A DNA stretch of 48,081 nt from the sequence record PP944860.1, one strand, 5' to 3'. Shown here piece after piece: positions 8,231 through 18,544 of the stretch (the first letter of the stretch is position 1; every line of letters begins with the position of its first letter). The notes beneath the pieces were generated by a model. That model was not told where the DNA came from. It was given only the letters and a program-made list of their open reading frames with translations, and did not search any database. Source of the DNA: Escherichia phage AN_ECEAS. The position numbers and the translations under genes were made by a program.

Positions 8231-11203
8231 ATGGCAACTAACGAAATTGCTGGTATCACGCTAGCCGTCGACGTAGCTCAGGTCGATAAGGGTACGCAAT
8301 CCTTACAGAAATTCAGGCAAGCAAACGAGCAAGCTGCAACAGGCATTAATAGCTTCGTCAACGCCGAACTTGTAGCCAAGACTCAAGCAAGGGACACTGC
8401 AAGGCAGCTTGAGGAGCAGCGCAAATCTTTCGCATCACTTCAGCAAGCCATAGACCCAACCGCTGCTAAATTCCTGAAGTTGCAGAAAGCAGCAACAGAT
8501 TTGGACAAAGCATTTGAATCCGGGATAGTTCCTGATGATGAATTCTTCAGGCTTGGCTCTGTTATTGAAACTCAAATCAATAAGCTAAACAGGTCTAAAG
8601 CCGCTCTTAGCGAAGAAGGCAGGGCTGCACTACAGGCATCAATAGATAAAGAGAAAGCAACAACAGCAGCGCAAAAGTTCATTCAATCTCTTGAGAACGA
8701 GGCGAATGCAGCAAGCCTGACAAGGACTGAACTTCTTCAGCTTAAGGCTGCTCAGCTAGGAGTTAGTGACCAGGCTGCACCGATTATCGACAGGATTGGA
8801 AAGGCTGCCGAGGCATCTGCGGTACAATTGCAGAAGCAAAGCTCCGCTTTTGTTAAGTCTGGGCTTAGTGCCGGTCAATACAAGCAAGCAATACGACAGC
8901 TACCAGCTCAGATTACAGATATCGGAACATCTCTTGCTGGCGGCATCCCAATCTGGCTCATTGCAATTCAGCAGGGCGGTCAGATTAAGGATAGTTTTGG
9001 TGGCATTGGCAATACAGCAAGGTTTGCATTAGCAGCCATTAATCCATTAACGGCAGTTGTTGGGACTTTGGGATTGGCTCTTGGTGCTCTTGGTGTTGCA
9101 GCTTATCAGGCCGACAAGAATACTCGCGGACTAGCATCAACGATAACACTGGTTGGCAACTCAACTATTACATCAACAGCGCAGATAAATCAGGTTGTTG
9201 ATGGAATCGAGAGCTCAACGCTAGCCACGCGCGGACTTATCCAGGAGATAGCTAACAGCCTGGTAGCAAACGGCAATCTAACGCTTACACAGATAGACAA
9301 AATAACTAAGGCAACCGCGCAGTGGGCAACTGTAACATCAACTGACTCGAAAACTATTCTTGGGTACTTTGACCAGATTACAAAGGACCCAATTCAAGGT
9401 CTGATTGCACTCGATAAGCAGTTCAACTTCCTTCAGTCAGGGCAGTTAAAATACATTGAGAATATCAGGAAGACCGCTGGAGAAACGGAGGCTGTAACAG
9501 CAGCTACAGAGCTATTCGCTAACGTTATGGAAAACAGGCTCGCGGACGTTGCGCTAAGCCTTAACCCGCTTGAAAGTGCATGGAATAGCTTCAGGAAGTT
9601 TGTAAGTGAGATCTGGGATGATATAAGCAAAAGGACGCTTGGGGCGCTTAACTTAATAACTGACGTTGTTGCGGGTACGATTGAGCAGATAAGGTCGTTA
9701 ATAAACTCCGGTGATATCCTATTAGGCGAGTTTGCAATAGCCGCAACCAAGACTCTTCAGTCAATCCCTGGACTTGGGGATTTAGGCAATGAGGCAATCG
9801 CTGAACAGCAAAAGATTGTTGATGCAGCCAAGAAGCAAAATGAGGAGTTAGCAAAAAGCATAGCTGAGCGAGATGCTAGAATCAGGAAGGGTGAGCTTGG
9901 TTATGTTGAGAGTAACAATAACACCAACCCGAGCGGCAACAAAACATCAACTGATAAGGAGTTCGGAGCAAGGAAGAAGGCGCTAGCTGATGAGCTTGAT
10001 ACAATAAAGAAAGCAAGGAGCGAGAGGAATAAGGCAGTAAAAGAAGAGAGGGATTTAACTTTATCTTATGAATCTGGTGTTCTTGCTCTTCAGGCTCAGT
10101 TAAAGGTTTTACAAGAGCACAAGACGATAAACGATGTAATAAGTAACGAACGAAAGCAACTATTCCAGGAGGAAGCAAAGTTTGCAATACTTGAGCAAAG
10201 AAAGGCCGATGGCAGCTTAACTAAGTCCCAAGCTAAGCTACTTGCTCAGAAGAATATCATTCTTGAACAGGCTAAACAGAAGGCTGAGCTTGGTGACCAG
10301 ATTGTGCTTCAGGAGAGGTCAAACAAGTTACTTGATGACAACCTCAAGAAGACTGTGCAGATTAAGAATGAGGCAAATAATGTTTCGCTTGCTGCTAATT
10401 TATCTGACAGGGAGAAGCAGAGGGCAAAAGAGCTTCAGGCTCTACAGTCCAATCAGGTAAACAAAGGTGGCTCTGTTGATGATACTGACTTTCAGGCTTT
10501 ACTCGAAGCTAGGCGTAATTTCTATGCTCAAGAGGATGCGCTACGTGAAAACTGGCTCGCTGGTGTGCAGTCATCCTTCGCAAATTGGGCAGAGAGCGCG
10601 ACAGATGCTTTCTCAATTGCTGGTGAATTAACAACTTCTGTCTTTACAGGAATTACGGAGCAGATTACTAGCCTTGTGACAACTGGCACGGCAGACTTCA
10701 GGAGTTTTACCGTTGAAATCCTGAAACAGATTGCGAAGATTGCTACTCAGCTTCTGATTGTGAAGGCGATTGAGTCAAGCTTAAGTAGCTTTGGTGGCAC
10801 TGGCGGCGCAATTGGTTCAATTGGTAGCGCTCTTGGCTTTGCTGGCGGCGGTTATACTGGTGATGGTGGGAAGTATCAACCTGCCGGAACTGTGCACCGC
10901 GGTGAGTTTGTATTCACAAAAGAAGCAACAAGCAGAATTGGCGTTAAGAATCTGTATAAGCTAATGCGAGGTTATGCAAATGGCGGTGCTGTTGGTGGGC
11001 CTTCTGGATATGCTAATGGTGGAGTTGTTGGCGGTACTAATGTCAGTGTTGGTGGTGTGACGGTTAACGTAAGCTCTGGATTTAGTAGCGGTAATGATGC
11101 TAAGGCGATAGAATCTGGAGTCAAGGTTATCGTTGCTGAGGAAATCAGCAAGTCATTCCAGCAGGGCGGCAGAGCCTTTGCTTATCTGAGGGGTTACAAC
11201 TAA
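8231..11203 (+). CDS. tail tape measure protein
   Basis: 990 aa, long helical/coiled-coil regions, Gly-rich C-terminal part, canonical position after chaperones. Confidence 0.8.
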   Translation: MATNEIAGITLAVDVAQVDKGTQSLQKFRQANEQAATGINSFVNAELVAKTQARDTARQLEEQRKSFASLQQAIDPTAAKFLKLQKAATDLDKAFESGIVPDDEFFRLGSVIETQINKLNRSKAALSEEGRAALQASIDKEKATTAAQKFIQSLENEANAASLTRTELLQLKAAQLGVSDQAAPIIDRIGKAAEASAVQLQKQSSAFVKSGLSAGQYKQAIRQLPAQITDIGTSLAGGIPIWLIAIQQGGQIKDSFGGIGNTARFALAAINPLTAVVGTLGLALGALGVAAYQADKNTRGLASTITLVGNSTITSTAQINQVVDGIESSTLATRGLIQEIANSLVANGNLTLTQIDKITKATAQWATVTSTDSKTILGYFDQITKDPIQGLIALDKQFNFLQSGQLKYIENIRKTAGETEAVTAATELFANVMENRLADVALSLNPLESAWNSFRKFVSEIWDDISKRTLGALNLITDVVAGTIEQIRSLINSGDILLGEFAIAATKTLQSIPGLGDLGNEAIAEQQKIVDAAKKQNEELAKSIAERDARIRKGELGYVESNNNTNPSGNKTSTDKEFGARKKALADELDTIKKARSERNKAVKEERDLTLSYESGVLALQAQLKVLQEHKTINDVISNERKQLFQEEAKFAILEQRKADGSLTKSQAKLLAQKNIILEQAKQKAELGDQIVLQERSNKLLDDNLKKTVQIKNEANNVSLAANLSDREKQRAKELQALQSNQVNKGGSVDDTDFQALLEARRNFYAQEDALRENWLAGVQSSFANWAESATDAFSIAGELTTSVFTGITEQITSLVTTGTADFRSFTVEILKQIAKIATQLLIVKAIESSLSSFGGTGGAIGSIGSALGFAGGGYTGDGGKYQPAGTVHRGEFVFTKEATSRIGVKNLYKLMRGYANGGAVGGPSGYANGGVVGGTNVSVGGVTVNVSSGFSSGNDAKAIESGVKVIVAEEISKSFQQGGRAFAYLRGYN

Positions 11204-11234
11204 TTAACGGGGCTTCGGCCCCTAAGGATTTTAA

Positions 11235-11585
11235 ATGGCATTGCAAACATTTAACTGGTGCTTGAACGTTCTCAACGGTGGATCATTATTTAGTAACAAG
11301 AACAACGTTAGAATTGTATCCTTTGGCAACGGCTTTGAACAAAGGGGTACTGGAGGATACAGGACAAACAAAAGGACGTATACGGTTAGCTACGTTGGTC
11401 GTGAGTGGGAGGCAGTAATGAACTTCTGCTTTGATCACATTGTAAAACCTTTCGCATGGACTACGCCACAGGGTGAATTAAAGCTGTTTGTTATTCAGCA
11501 GGATAGTATCAGCGTCACTCCTAGCACAAAAGAAGTCCAGACTGTTAGCATGCAATTTACTGAAGTTTTTACTTCAATGAGTTAA
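11235..11585 (+). CDS. minor tail protein (lambda M-like)
   Basis: 116-aa ORF directly after tape measure; size and position. Confidence 0.5.
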   Translation: MALQTFNWCLNVLNGGSLFSNKNNVRIVSFGNGFEQRGTGGYRTNKRTYTVSYVGREWEAVMNFCFDHIVKPFAWTTPQGELKLFVIQQDSISVTPSTKEVQTVSMQFTEVFTSMS

Positions 11586-11590
11586 ACTAA

Positions 11591-11611
11591 GGCCCATAGA
11601 GGGCCTTTTTT
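11591..11611 (+). terminator. rho-independent terminator-like hairpin
   Basis: GGCCC-ATAGA-GGGCC stem-loop plus T6. Confidence 0.6.
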
Positions 11612-11623
11612 ATTGGAGAGAAT

Positions 11624-12379
11624 ATGGCAAGTTTAAAGTTTGAAAACCAGCTTCAATCACTTTTTCCTGGTGAAGTGGTTACGCTTATTGAGGTTGACGG
11701 AAGTAAATTCGGGGCAAGGGTTTACAGGTTTCATGGGGAGAACATCTCATACACGCCTGAAGAAATCATGCAAGCCCAAGCGTCCGGCCAGCCACTACCA
11801 TCCAAGACAATCACTTTCCGTGGAGAAGAGTATGGAGCCAGGCCTTTCGGTATTAGCGGCATTAATCTTACTTCTGACGGCAAAGCAAACAAGCTCACGC
11901 TAATTTTATCAAACGTAGACCAGGCTGTTTCCGCGCTAATACGTCAGTATAATGGCATGGTTCAGGCTAAGGTGACAATTTGGGTTACTATCAGGGATAA
12001 TATCAATGAGGACGGCAGCATTGCAGATGGTGATTATCGTAAGATGGTTTACTTTATTGAGCGCCCAAAGCAGGTTGACTACAAAACTGCCTCTTTTGAG
12101 TTATCTAGCCCAATTGATATGGATGGCATTTATATTCCAGCGAGGTTAGTCCAGTCAGTATGCTACTTCGCTTCTCGCGGCTGGTATCGCAGCGGTAACG
12201 GTTGTGATTATGCCGGGAATCGATACTTTGATAAAGACAATAATCCGGTTGATGACCCTGGCCTGGATTTCTGCGCCGGAACTGTTGATGCATGTAAGTT
12301 AAGGTTTGGTGAAAACAACCAGCTATCATTTGGAGGTTGTGCCTCTGCCAGTTTACAAGCTAAGAATAACCAGAACTAA
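11624..12379 (+). CDS. minor tail protein (lambda L-like)
   Basis: 251 aa with C-terminal Cys cluster (C..C....C..C) as in gpL; position. Confidence 0.6.
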   Translation: MASLKFENQLQSLFPGEVVTLIEVDGSKFGARVYRFHGENISYTPEEIMQAQASGQPLPSKTITFRGEEYGARPFGISGINLTSDGKANKLTLILSNVDQAVSALIRQYNGMVQAKVTIWVTIRDNINEDGSIADGDYRKMVYFIERPKQVDYKTASFELSSPIDMDGIYIPARLVQSVCYFASRGWYRSGNGCDYAGNRYFDKDNNPVDDPGLDFCAGTVDACKLRFGENNQLSFGGCASASLQAKNNQN

Positions 12380-12389
12380 GGGGAGTAAA

Positions 12390-13148
12390 GTGCTTACACC
12401 AAAAGTTAAATTAGAAATCATGCGCCACGCAAAAGAGGATTACCCAAACGAATGCTGCGGGGTTGTCACACAAAAGGGCATGGCCCAGAAGTATCACAGA
12501 ATCACTAACGCATCAAAAGACCCCGAGAGTGAATTCATTCTTAATGCCAATGAGTATGCCGATATTGTCTTTAGTCTTGGCTACAGCGAATCAATTGTCT
12601 ATATCGCTCACTCACACACCGGAGATGGAGCCACCACTCGACCAAGCCCAGCAGATATATGCAGTTGCAATGAGTGTGAGATTCCTTATGTGATTGTTAG
12701 CTACCCTGAGGGGGATATGCGAATCCTTGAGCCTGAGGATATGCCGTTAGCAGGAAGGCCGTGGGGGCTTGGTAGCTTCGATTGTTGGGGGTTGATAATG
12801 GCGTTCCACGCAAAACACGGCGTTAAACTGGCTGATTACCGCGTTAATTATCCATGGTGGAACAAGGAGTATGGCGAAAATATCTATGACGAGAATTGGA
12901 TTAAGGAAGGATTTGAGCTAGTAGAAACTGATGATATTCCAGTTGGCTCCATGATTATGATGCAGGTTCAAAGTGAGACGACAAACCACGCAGGAATCTA
13001 CATTGGAGATAACAAGTTCCTGCATCACCTTTACGGAAAGATGAGTAAAGTAGATACTTATAGCGATTACTGGCGCGAGCGCACGGTTCGCATTGTTCGC
13101 CACAAAGATTTACCAGAAGGAGTAAACTACAATGCAGAGACTGATTAA
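12390..13148 (+). CDS. tail assembly protein (lambda K-like; JAB/MPN plus NlpC/P60 motifs)
   Basis: GTG 12390 with RBS AAGGGGAG just after upstream stop; JAMM-like HSHTGDGATTRPSPAD and Cys/His pair CWGL...H. Confidence 0.65.
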   Translation: MLTPKVKLEIMRHAKEDYPNECCGVVTQKGMAQKYHRITNASKDPESEFILNANEYADIVFSLGYSESIVYIAHSHTGDGATTRPSPADICSCNECEIPYVIVSYPEGDMRILEPEDMPLAGRPWGLGSFDCWGLIMAFHAKHGVKLADYRVNYPWWNKEYGENIYDENWIKEGFELVETDDIPVGSMIMMQVQSETTNHAGIYIGDNKFLHHLYGKMSKVDTYSDYWRERTVRIVRHKDLPEGVNYNAETD

Positions 13149-13707
13149 AATTAAACTTGGATTATCCCTCGGCAGGAAGTACGGAAAGATTCACGAACTT
13201 TGCGTTGAGTCAGTGCCCGAGGCGCTAAGGGCCCTATCTGTTAACATCCCAGCGTTCAAGGAATTTATGCAAAGCCATGCCGGGCAGAACACAAGGTTTG
13301 CAATCTTCGCGGATGGTAAGAACCTTAATGAACATCGCATTAAAGACTTCAAGGCAGTTAAAGAGATTCGCATCATGCCAATCCCTCAGGGTCGAAAGAG
13401 TGGTGGGTTGTTCCAGACTGTTTTGGGGGCTGCACTAATAGGTGCCAGCTTCTTTCTTACTGGTGGTATTGCAACCGCTGTTCTTGGTGCTGGTATCTCA
13501 CTAGCTGCTGGCGGTGTAGCTCAACTGCTTTCTCCACAGGCAGCTGGATTAAAGACACAGGAGTCAGCGCAAAACAGGGCTTCATATGCCTTTGGTTCTG
13601 CCGTAAATACTGTAGCGGCTGGTTATCCTGTGTGTTTGCCATATGGGTACAGGTCTGTTGGTGGCTCAGTATTTAGCGCAGGCAGTTACTCAGAGGATAT
13701 TAGTTAA
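13132..13707 (+). CDS. tail assembly protein (lambda I-like)
   Basis: 191 aa with Gly-rich hydrophobic C-terminal half; position between K-like and J-like genes. Confidence 0.5.
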   Translation: MQRLIKIKLGLSLGRKYGKIHELCVESVPEALRALSVNIPAFKEFMQSHAGQNTRFAIFADGKNLNEHRIKDFKAVKEIRIMPIPQGRKSGGLFQTVLGAALIGASFFLTGGIATAVLGAGISLAAGGVAQLLSPQAAGLKTQESAQNRASYAFGSAVNTVAAGYPVCLPYGYRSVGGSVFSAGSYSEDIS

Positions 13708-13714
13708 AAACAAA

Positions 13715-13737
13715 GCCCGCCTAGTGCGGGTTTTTTA
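13715..13737 (+). terminator. rho-independent terminator-like hairpin
   Basis: CCCGC-CTAGT-GCGGG stem-loop plus T6. Confidence 0.6.
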
Positions 13738-13787
13738 TTTAGTGTAGAATGGCACAAATGGTCAAAACAAATACGGAGCTATGTGAT

Positions 13788-16700
13788 ATGGCACAAGATA
13801 TTAAGATTTATGGGAGTAAGGGCGGTAGCCAGAAACAGAGACAGCCTGTTGAGCAACCTGACAACCTGGTATCTGTAAACAAGGTTAAAGTACTTTTGGC
13901 GGTAGCGGATGGTGAGGTTGATAGTTCTTTTTCACTTCGTGATTTGTACCTGGCTGATGTTCCCGTTCAGAATGCAGATGGTACTTTAAACTACGAAGGA
14001 GTCACGGCTGAATTTAGGCCGGGAACTCAAGATCAGGATTATATTCCTGGACTTGACGGTGCTAACTCGGAGGTTCAGGTTAGCCGAGAAATCACCAACA
14101 GCACTCCTTACATTATTGCCGTTAACAACAGTCAGCTATCGGCAATTAGGGTTAAGTTGTTTTGGCCAAGACTGATTAGCCAAGAAAGTAATGGCGACCT
14201 TAATGGCACTACGTGCGAGTACGCGATTGACTTATCTGTTGATGGCGCAACTTACACTGAATACACGCGCGGCGTAGCTAATGGCAAGACAACTAGCGGA
14301 TACGACAGAAGTATCAGGGTTAACCTTCCAGCGGAGTTCTCTAGCGCACTGGTAAGGATTCGAAAGATTACGGCAGATTCAGAAAGTTCTACGCTGGTTA
14401 ACGACATGCAAATTACGACCTATCAGGAAGTAATTGATGCTAAATTCCGCTACCCACTTACAGCGCTGGTTTACGTTGAGTTCAGTTCTGACCTCTTCCC
14501 TAACGGAATCCCGACGATTTCAATCAAGAAGAAGTGGAAGTTGATTCGCGTTCCAACTAACTACAACCCAGAGACAAGGACTTACAGCGGAACCTGGAAC
14601 GGCACCTTTAAGATGGCGTATTCCAATAACCCGGCGTGGGTTCTTTACGACTTGGTGACGAATCAGCGTTACGGACTTGACCAGCGAGAGCTTGGCATTA
14701 CTATTGATAAGTGGGGTCTGTATGAGGCGGCGCAATTCTGTGACCAGATGGTTCCAGATGGTAAGGGTGGAGTTGAGCCGCGCTACCTGTGTGATGTTGT
14801 CATTCAGCAGAAAGTTGAAGCATATCAGGTAATCCGTGATATTTGCTCTATCTTCCGTGGGCTGACATTCTATGACGGCGAGCAGATAGGGATTGTTGTC
14901 GATAAGCCGCGTCAACCATCGTACGTATTCACCAATGACAACGTTGTTGATGGATTGTTCAACCGTACATTTGGTAGCGATAAGTCACTTTACACGGTTG
15001 CCAACGTTCAGTTTGATGACGTTGAAAACTCATACCAACAGGATGTTGAGCCAGTATTCGAGTTAGAGGCAACAAGGCGTTTTGGTTACAACCCGGTCGA
15101 CCTTACAGCTATTGGATGTACTCGCAGGAGTGAGGCAAACCGCCGCGGGCGCTGGTTATTAAAGACGAACATTCGCAGCGAGACTATTAGTTTCACTACT
15201 GGTCTGGAAGGTATGATTCCAATGATTGGTGAGGTTATTGCAGTTAATGACCAGGCATGGTCTAGCAACTACACCCTTAACCTTTCTGGTCGTATCGAGT
15301 CAGTAAGTGGGTTGCAAGTTTTTGTGCCATTTAAGATTGATGCTACTGCTGGCGACAGGATTCTAATAAACAAGCCTGATGGAATGCCAGAGTACAGGAC
15401 CATTGCATCTGTATCTGAAGATGGTATGACGCTGCAACTTAATACAGCGTTTAGCTTTACTCCTCAGCCTGACACAGTATTTGCGATTGATAAGGAAAAT
15501 CTTGCTCTTCAGCAATATGTTGTGACCGGGATTCAAAAAGCAGACAGCGATGGAGACGATGCGTTCGGTTACAGCATTACGGCAGTCGAGTACGACCCGA
15601 ATAAATACGACGAAATTGATTACGGCGTAAACATTCAGGATAGGCCATCGTCAATCGTTGAACCTGACACGCTACTTGCCCCAGAAAATGTTCAGGTGAG
15701 CAGCTACAGCAAGGTTGTGCAGGGTTTATCAGTTGAAACAATGGTAATCACCTGGGACAAAGTTCAGTACGCCAAGACTTACACGGTACAGTGGCGTAAG
15801 GAGAACGGAAACTGGATTAACGTACCGCGCACAGCAAACACAGAAGTTGATATTGAAGGTATTTATGCTGGTATTTATCAGGTTCGCGTGAGGGCTGTTT
15901 CTGATACTGAAAACGTATCCGCATGGTCTGACATTGTTTCAGCAAGCCTAACTGGTAAAATTGGAACGCCGTCTGAGCCTACGGTAATCACAGCTTCAGA
16001 TGATGAAATATTCGGCATTAGGGTTAAGTGGGGATTTCCTGAAAACTCAGCCGATACGTCATACACTGAATTGCAGCAAGTAGCCGACAATGGTGATGGT
16101 ACTTACTCACCAGAGAACGCCAGTTTGTTAACGCTAGTTCCTTACCCGGGTTACGAGTATTGGCACACTACATTGCCGGCAGGAAAGGTTATCTGGTACA
16201 GGGCGCGACTGATTGACAAGATTGGTAACGTCTCACCATGGACTGATTTTGTAAGGGGTATGGCAAGCGATGATGTGTCGTCAATCATTGGTGATATTAA
16301 GGTTGATATAGAAAACTCAGATGGGTTCAAGTATCTCCAACAGAATGCCATTGAGTCAAACGGAGCTATTCAGGCGCAAGCGGAATCAATAATTGAGAAC
16401 GCCCTGGCTAATGATGGTGACGTGCGTAGAATGACGAAGGAAAACGGCAAGAGGAAGGCCGAATTTGTTCAGGCTGTGAATCTTATCGCCGATGAAGAAA
16501 GGGCTCGCGTAGAGGCTCTGACGCAGCTTAAAGCGCAGATTGATGATGAGATTGTGGCTTCGTTGACAAGGATTGATACGGCGCTAGCGGAAGAAACGCA
16601 AGCAAGGACCACTGCGGACACTGCTTTATCTGCAAGGCTCGGTGAGAATGAAGCTGCTTTAAATGAGAAGCTGGATACTTACGTTACAGCTGATTCAATT

Positions 16701-17174
16701 GGTGCGCAGTACGGCATTAAGCTGGGTCTTACTTACAATGGGGTTGAGTACAATTCAGGGATGAGCATGGAACTAACCGGATCTGGTGGCAATGTTCGCA
16801 GTCAGGTCATATTTGATGCTAACAGGTTCGCAATCAGTAATGGGGTTAGTTCTGGCTCCGGTCAGTGGTCATTGCCTTTCGTGGTTGAGAATAATCAGGT
16901 ATTCATTCAAAGCGCAGTGATTCAGGATGGTTCAATCACTAACGCGAAGATTGGTAACCGGATTCAATCTAATAACTACGTGGCTGGTTCTCAGGGTTGG
17001 GCCATTGATAAGTCAGGCAGTGCGGAACTTAACAATGCAACTGTAAGGGGTAGTCTGTACGCAAGTAACGGCAACTTTGCGTTTAACGGAACCAACAACA
17101 CTGTTCAGATTAACAATAATGGAATTACAGTTAATTTACCGAATGGTGGAAGGGTTGTAGTTGGAGTGTGGTAA
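13788..17174 (+). CDS. central tail fibre/host specificity protein (lambda J-like)
   Basis: ~1130 aa ORF after the I-like gene; ATG 13788 has RBS ACGGAG (alternative ATG 13749 lacks one). Confidence 0.7.
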   Translation: MAQDIKIYGSKGGSQKQRQPVEQPDNLVSVNKVKVLLAVADGEVDSSFSLRDLYLADVPVQNADGTLNYEGVTAEFRPGTQDQDYIPGLDGANSEVQVSREITNSTPYIIAVNNSQLSAIRVKLFWPRLISQESNGDLNGTTCEYAIDLSVDGATYTEYTRGVANGKTTSGYDRSIRVNLPAEFSSALVRIRKITADSESSTLVNDMQITTYQEVIDAKFRYPLTALVYVEFSSDLFPNGIPTISIKKKWKLIRVPTNYNPETRTYSGTWNGTFKMAYSNNPAWVLYDLVTNQRYGLDQRELGITIDKWGLYEAAQFCDQMVPDGKGGVEPRYLCDVVIQQKVEAYQVIRDICSIFRGLTFYDGEQIGIVVDKPRQPSYVFTNDNVVDGLFNRTFGSDKSLYTVANVQFDDVENSYQQDVEPVFELEATRRFGYNPVDLTAIGCTRRSEANRRGRWLLKTNIRSETISFTTGLEGMIPMIGEVIAVNDQAWSSNYTLNLSGRIESVSGLQVFVPFKIDATAGDRILINKPDGMPEYRTIASVSEDGMTLQLNTAFSFTPQPDTVFAIDKENLALQQYVVTGIQKADSDGDDAFGYSITAVEYDPNKYDEIDYGVNIQDRPSSIVEPDTLLAPENVQVSSYSKVVQGLSVETMVITWDKVQYAKTYTVQWRKENGNWINVPRTANTEVDIEGIYAGIYQVRVRAVSDTENVSAWSDIVSASLTGKIGTPSEPTVITASDDEIFGIRVKWGFPENSADTSYTELQQVADNGDGTYSPENASLLTLVPYPGYEYWHTTLPAGKVIWYRARLIDKIGNVSPWTDFVRGMASDDVSSIIGDIKVDIENSDGFKYLQQNAIESNGAIQAQAESIIENALANDGDVRRMTKENGKRKAEFVQAVNLIADEERARVEALTQLKAQIDDEIVASLTRIDTALAEETQARTTADTALSARLGENEAALNEKLDTYVTADSIGAQYGIKLGLTYNGVEYNSGMSMELTGSGGNVRSQVIFDANRFAISNGVSSGSGQWSLPFVVENNQVFIQSAVIQDGSITNAKIGNRIQSNNYVAGSQGWAIDKSGSAELNNATVRGSLYASNGNFAFNGTNNTVQINNNGITVNLPNGGRVVVGVW

Positions 17175-17181
17175 ATGATTA

Positions 17182-17205
17182 GGCCCCTTTCGGGGCCTTT
17201 TCTTT
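17182..17205. terminator. terminator between convergent J-like gene and minus-strand gene
   Basis: GGCCCC-TTTC-GGGGCC stem-loop plus T-run. Confidence 0.7.
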
Positions 17206-18167
17206 TAGTAGAAGTTTGGTATGAATGGTAGAGCCATTGATATGTTTGTGTCGAATGGGAATTGGGCTCCCGTCTGCGTTGAGTAGTTCCCTATCACAGT
17301 GCCTGGAACTGCCCTTACGGCACCACCAGACATGCATATTCCCTTGTACCTTAAGTTGTTATACCCTCCAGTAACTCTTGTTGTAGCGCCGCACCTGAGC
17401 AGTGGGAAGAACCCTCCATTTATTGACTGGAAACCGTTAGTCATTTGTATAAAGCCACCAAGCACAAACGGTCGCCTAACGCTGGAAAAGACAATCTGTC
17501 CAGAACTATTAGACATTGTGAGTCCTGGGCCAGCTACTGGAGGGTCATTCCTGAATATCACTAACTGTACGTAAGTACTTGCTGCAACGTCATCTATGCC
17601 GCTGTAGTTTATGTTGCGGCACCAAATTGTATTACCGTCGCTCTCCAGAGAAACGTTTGGGTTATCCCATTTACCAAATGGAATCCCACTGACTGGTAGT
17701 GAGGCGGCGCCGTTAACCTGTATTCCACCAACCCATGCCGCAGACATTAACCGCGAATTGCTTGAAATTGCCAAAAAGTCAGTTGAGTTCTCAACCAGTA
17801 TTCCTGGGCTTGATGAAGACGAGGCTGGGAGTATTTCAAAGCAATTTCCAGCAAAGTCAATTATACGACCTCTTGCGCCATTGAAGTCACTAAGCGTTAT
17901 CCTGCCAGTTCCGTCATTTACCTTCTGGAACCCGTTCATATAATAAACTTCAGGTACAACATCATAAGCGTCAACGTGCACAGCCTTTGTTGGAAGGCAG
18001 AATGCTGTTGATCCTGGGGACATGGTTAAACCAAAATCCCATGATGATGCTGGCGTCGAAAGTCCATTGGTATTTATTGAGCCAGTCACAGCGGGCGCTC
18101 TTAATCCTGCCGTTATTTCCATAGGTGGCCTTCCGTCGTTGAGGTCTATCAATATACCCTGTGGCAT
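17205..18167 (-). CDS. hypothetical protein co-transcribed with lipoprotein (possible tail fibre/receptor-binding accessory)
   Basis: ATG 18167 with RBS AAGGAG; start overlaps lipoprotein stop (TAATG). Confidence 0.4.
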   Translation of the reverse strand: MPQGILIDLNDGRPPMEITAGLRAPAVTGSINTNGLSTPASSWDFGLTMSPGSTAFCLPTKAVHVDAYDVVPEVYYMNGFQKVNDGTGRITLSDFNGARGRIIDFAGNCFEILPASSSSSPGILVENSTDFLAISSNSRLMSAAWVGGIQVNGAASLPVSGIPFGKWDNPNVSLESDGNTIWCRNINYSGIDDVAASTYVQLVIFRNDPPVAGPGLTMSNSSGQIVFSSVRRPFVLGGFIQMTNGFQSINGGFFPLLRCGATTRVTGGYNNLRYKGICMSGGAVRAVPGTVIGNYSTQTGAQFPFDTNISMALPFIPNFY

Positions 18168-18412
18168 TATTTCCACTCCTTAGACCCGTGATCTGCAACT
18201 GAACCGCCATAACCTCCACCAGCCTTGCTCTCAATACCAGCGTAGCGCACATCAACTTCACCAGCCGGTACAATCACGCCACCTTTCCATTTAGCCACGC
18301 ATACACCGTTTGCTTTCGTTGCACACCATCCGTCAGGACGCGGAGCAGAAGAGCAACCCACCATTATGATTGCTGCTGCTGCGATGATTGAAAGTTTGAT
18401 TAAGTTAGTCAT
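18167..18412 (-). CDS. small lipoprotein (Cor-like superinfection-exclusion candidate)
   Basis: N-terminus [20 protein letters not shown] with lipobox-like MVGC; RBS AAGGAA; own dyad-motif promoter. Confidence 0.6.
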   Translation of the reverse strand: MTNLIKLSIIAAAAIIMVGCSSAPRPDGWCATKANGVCVAKWKGGVIVPAGEVDVRYAGIESKAGGGYGGSVADHGSKEWK

Positions 18413-18473
18413 TTTCGTATTCCTTGTGAGGTTCGTTTCGATGGAGTAATCATACATCATCTATAATCTTTGT

Positions 18474-18492
18474 CTTTAGCAATTCGTGCTAT
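18474..18492 (-). promoter_or_regulatory. dyad-motif promoter element (minus strand)
   Basis: Reverse complement of ATAGCACGAATTGCTAAAG; TATGAT and CATCGAAAC follow on minus strand before lipoprotein gene. Confidence 0.6.
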
Positions 18493-18493
18493 T

Positions 18494-18507
18494 GGTTACG
18501 CGTAACC
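18494..18507. repeat. 14-bp perfect palindrome GGTTACGCGTAACC adjacent to leftward promoter
   Basis: Self-complementary sequence 2 bp from dyad motif 18474-18492. Confidence 0.6.
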
Positions 18508-18544
18508 GATGTAACTCGATGTATACCATATGCATCCGCGGGAA

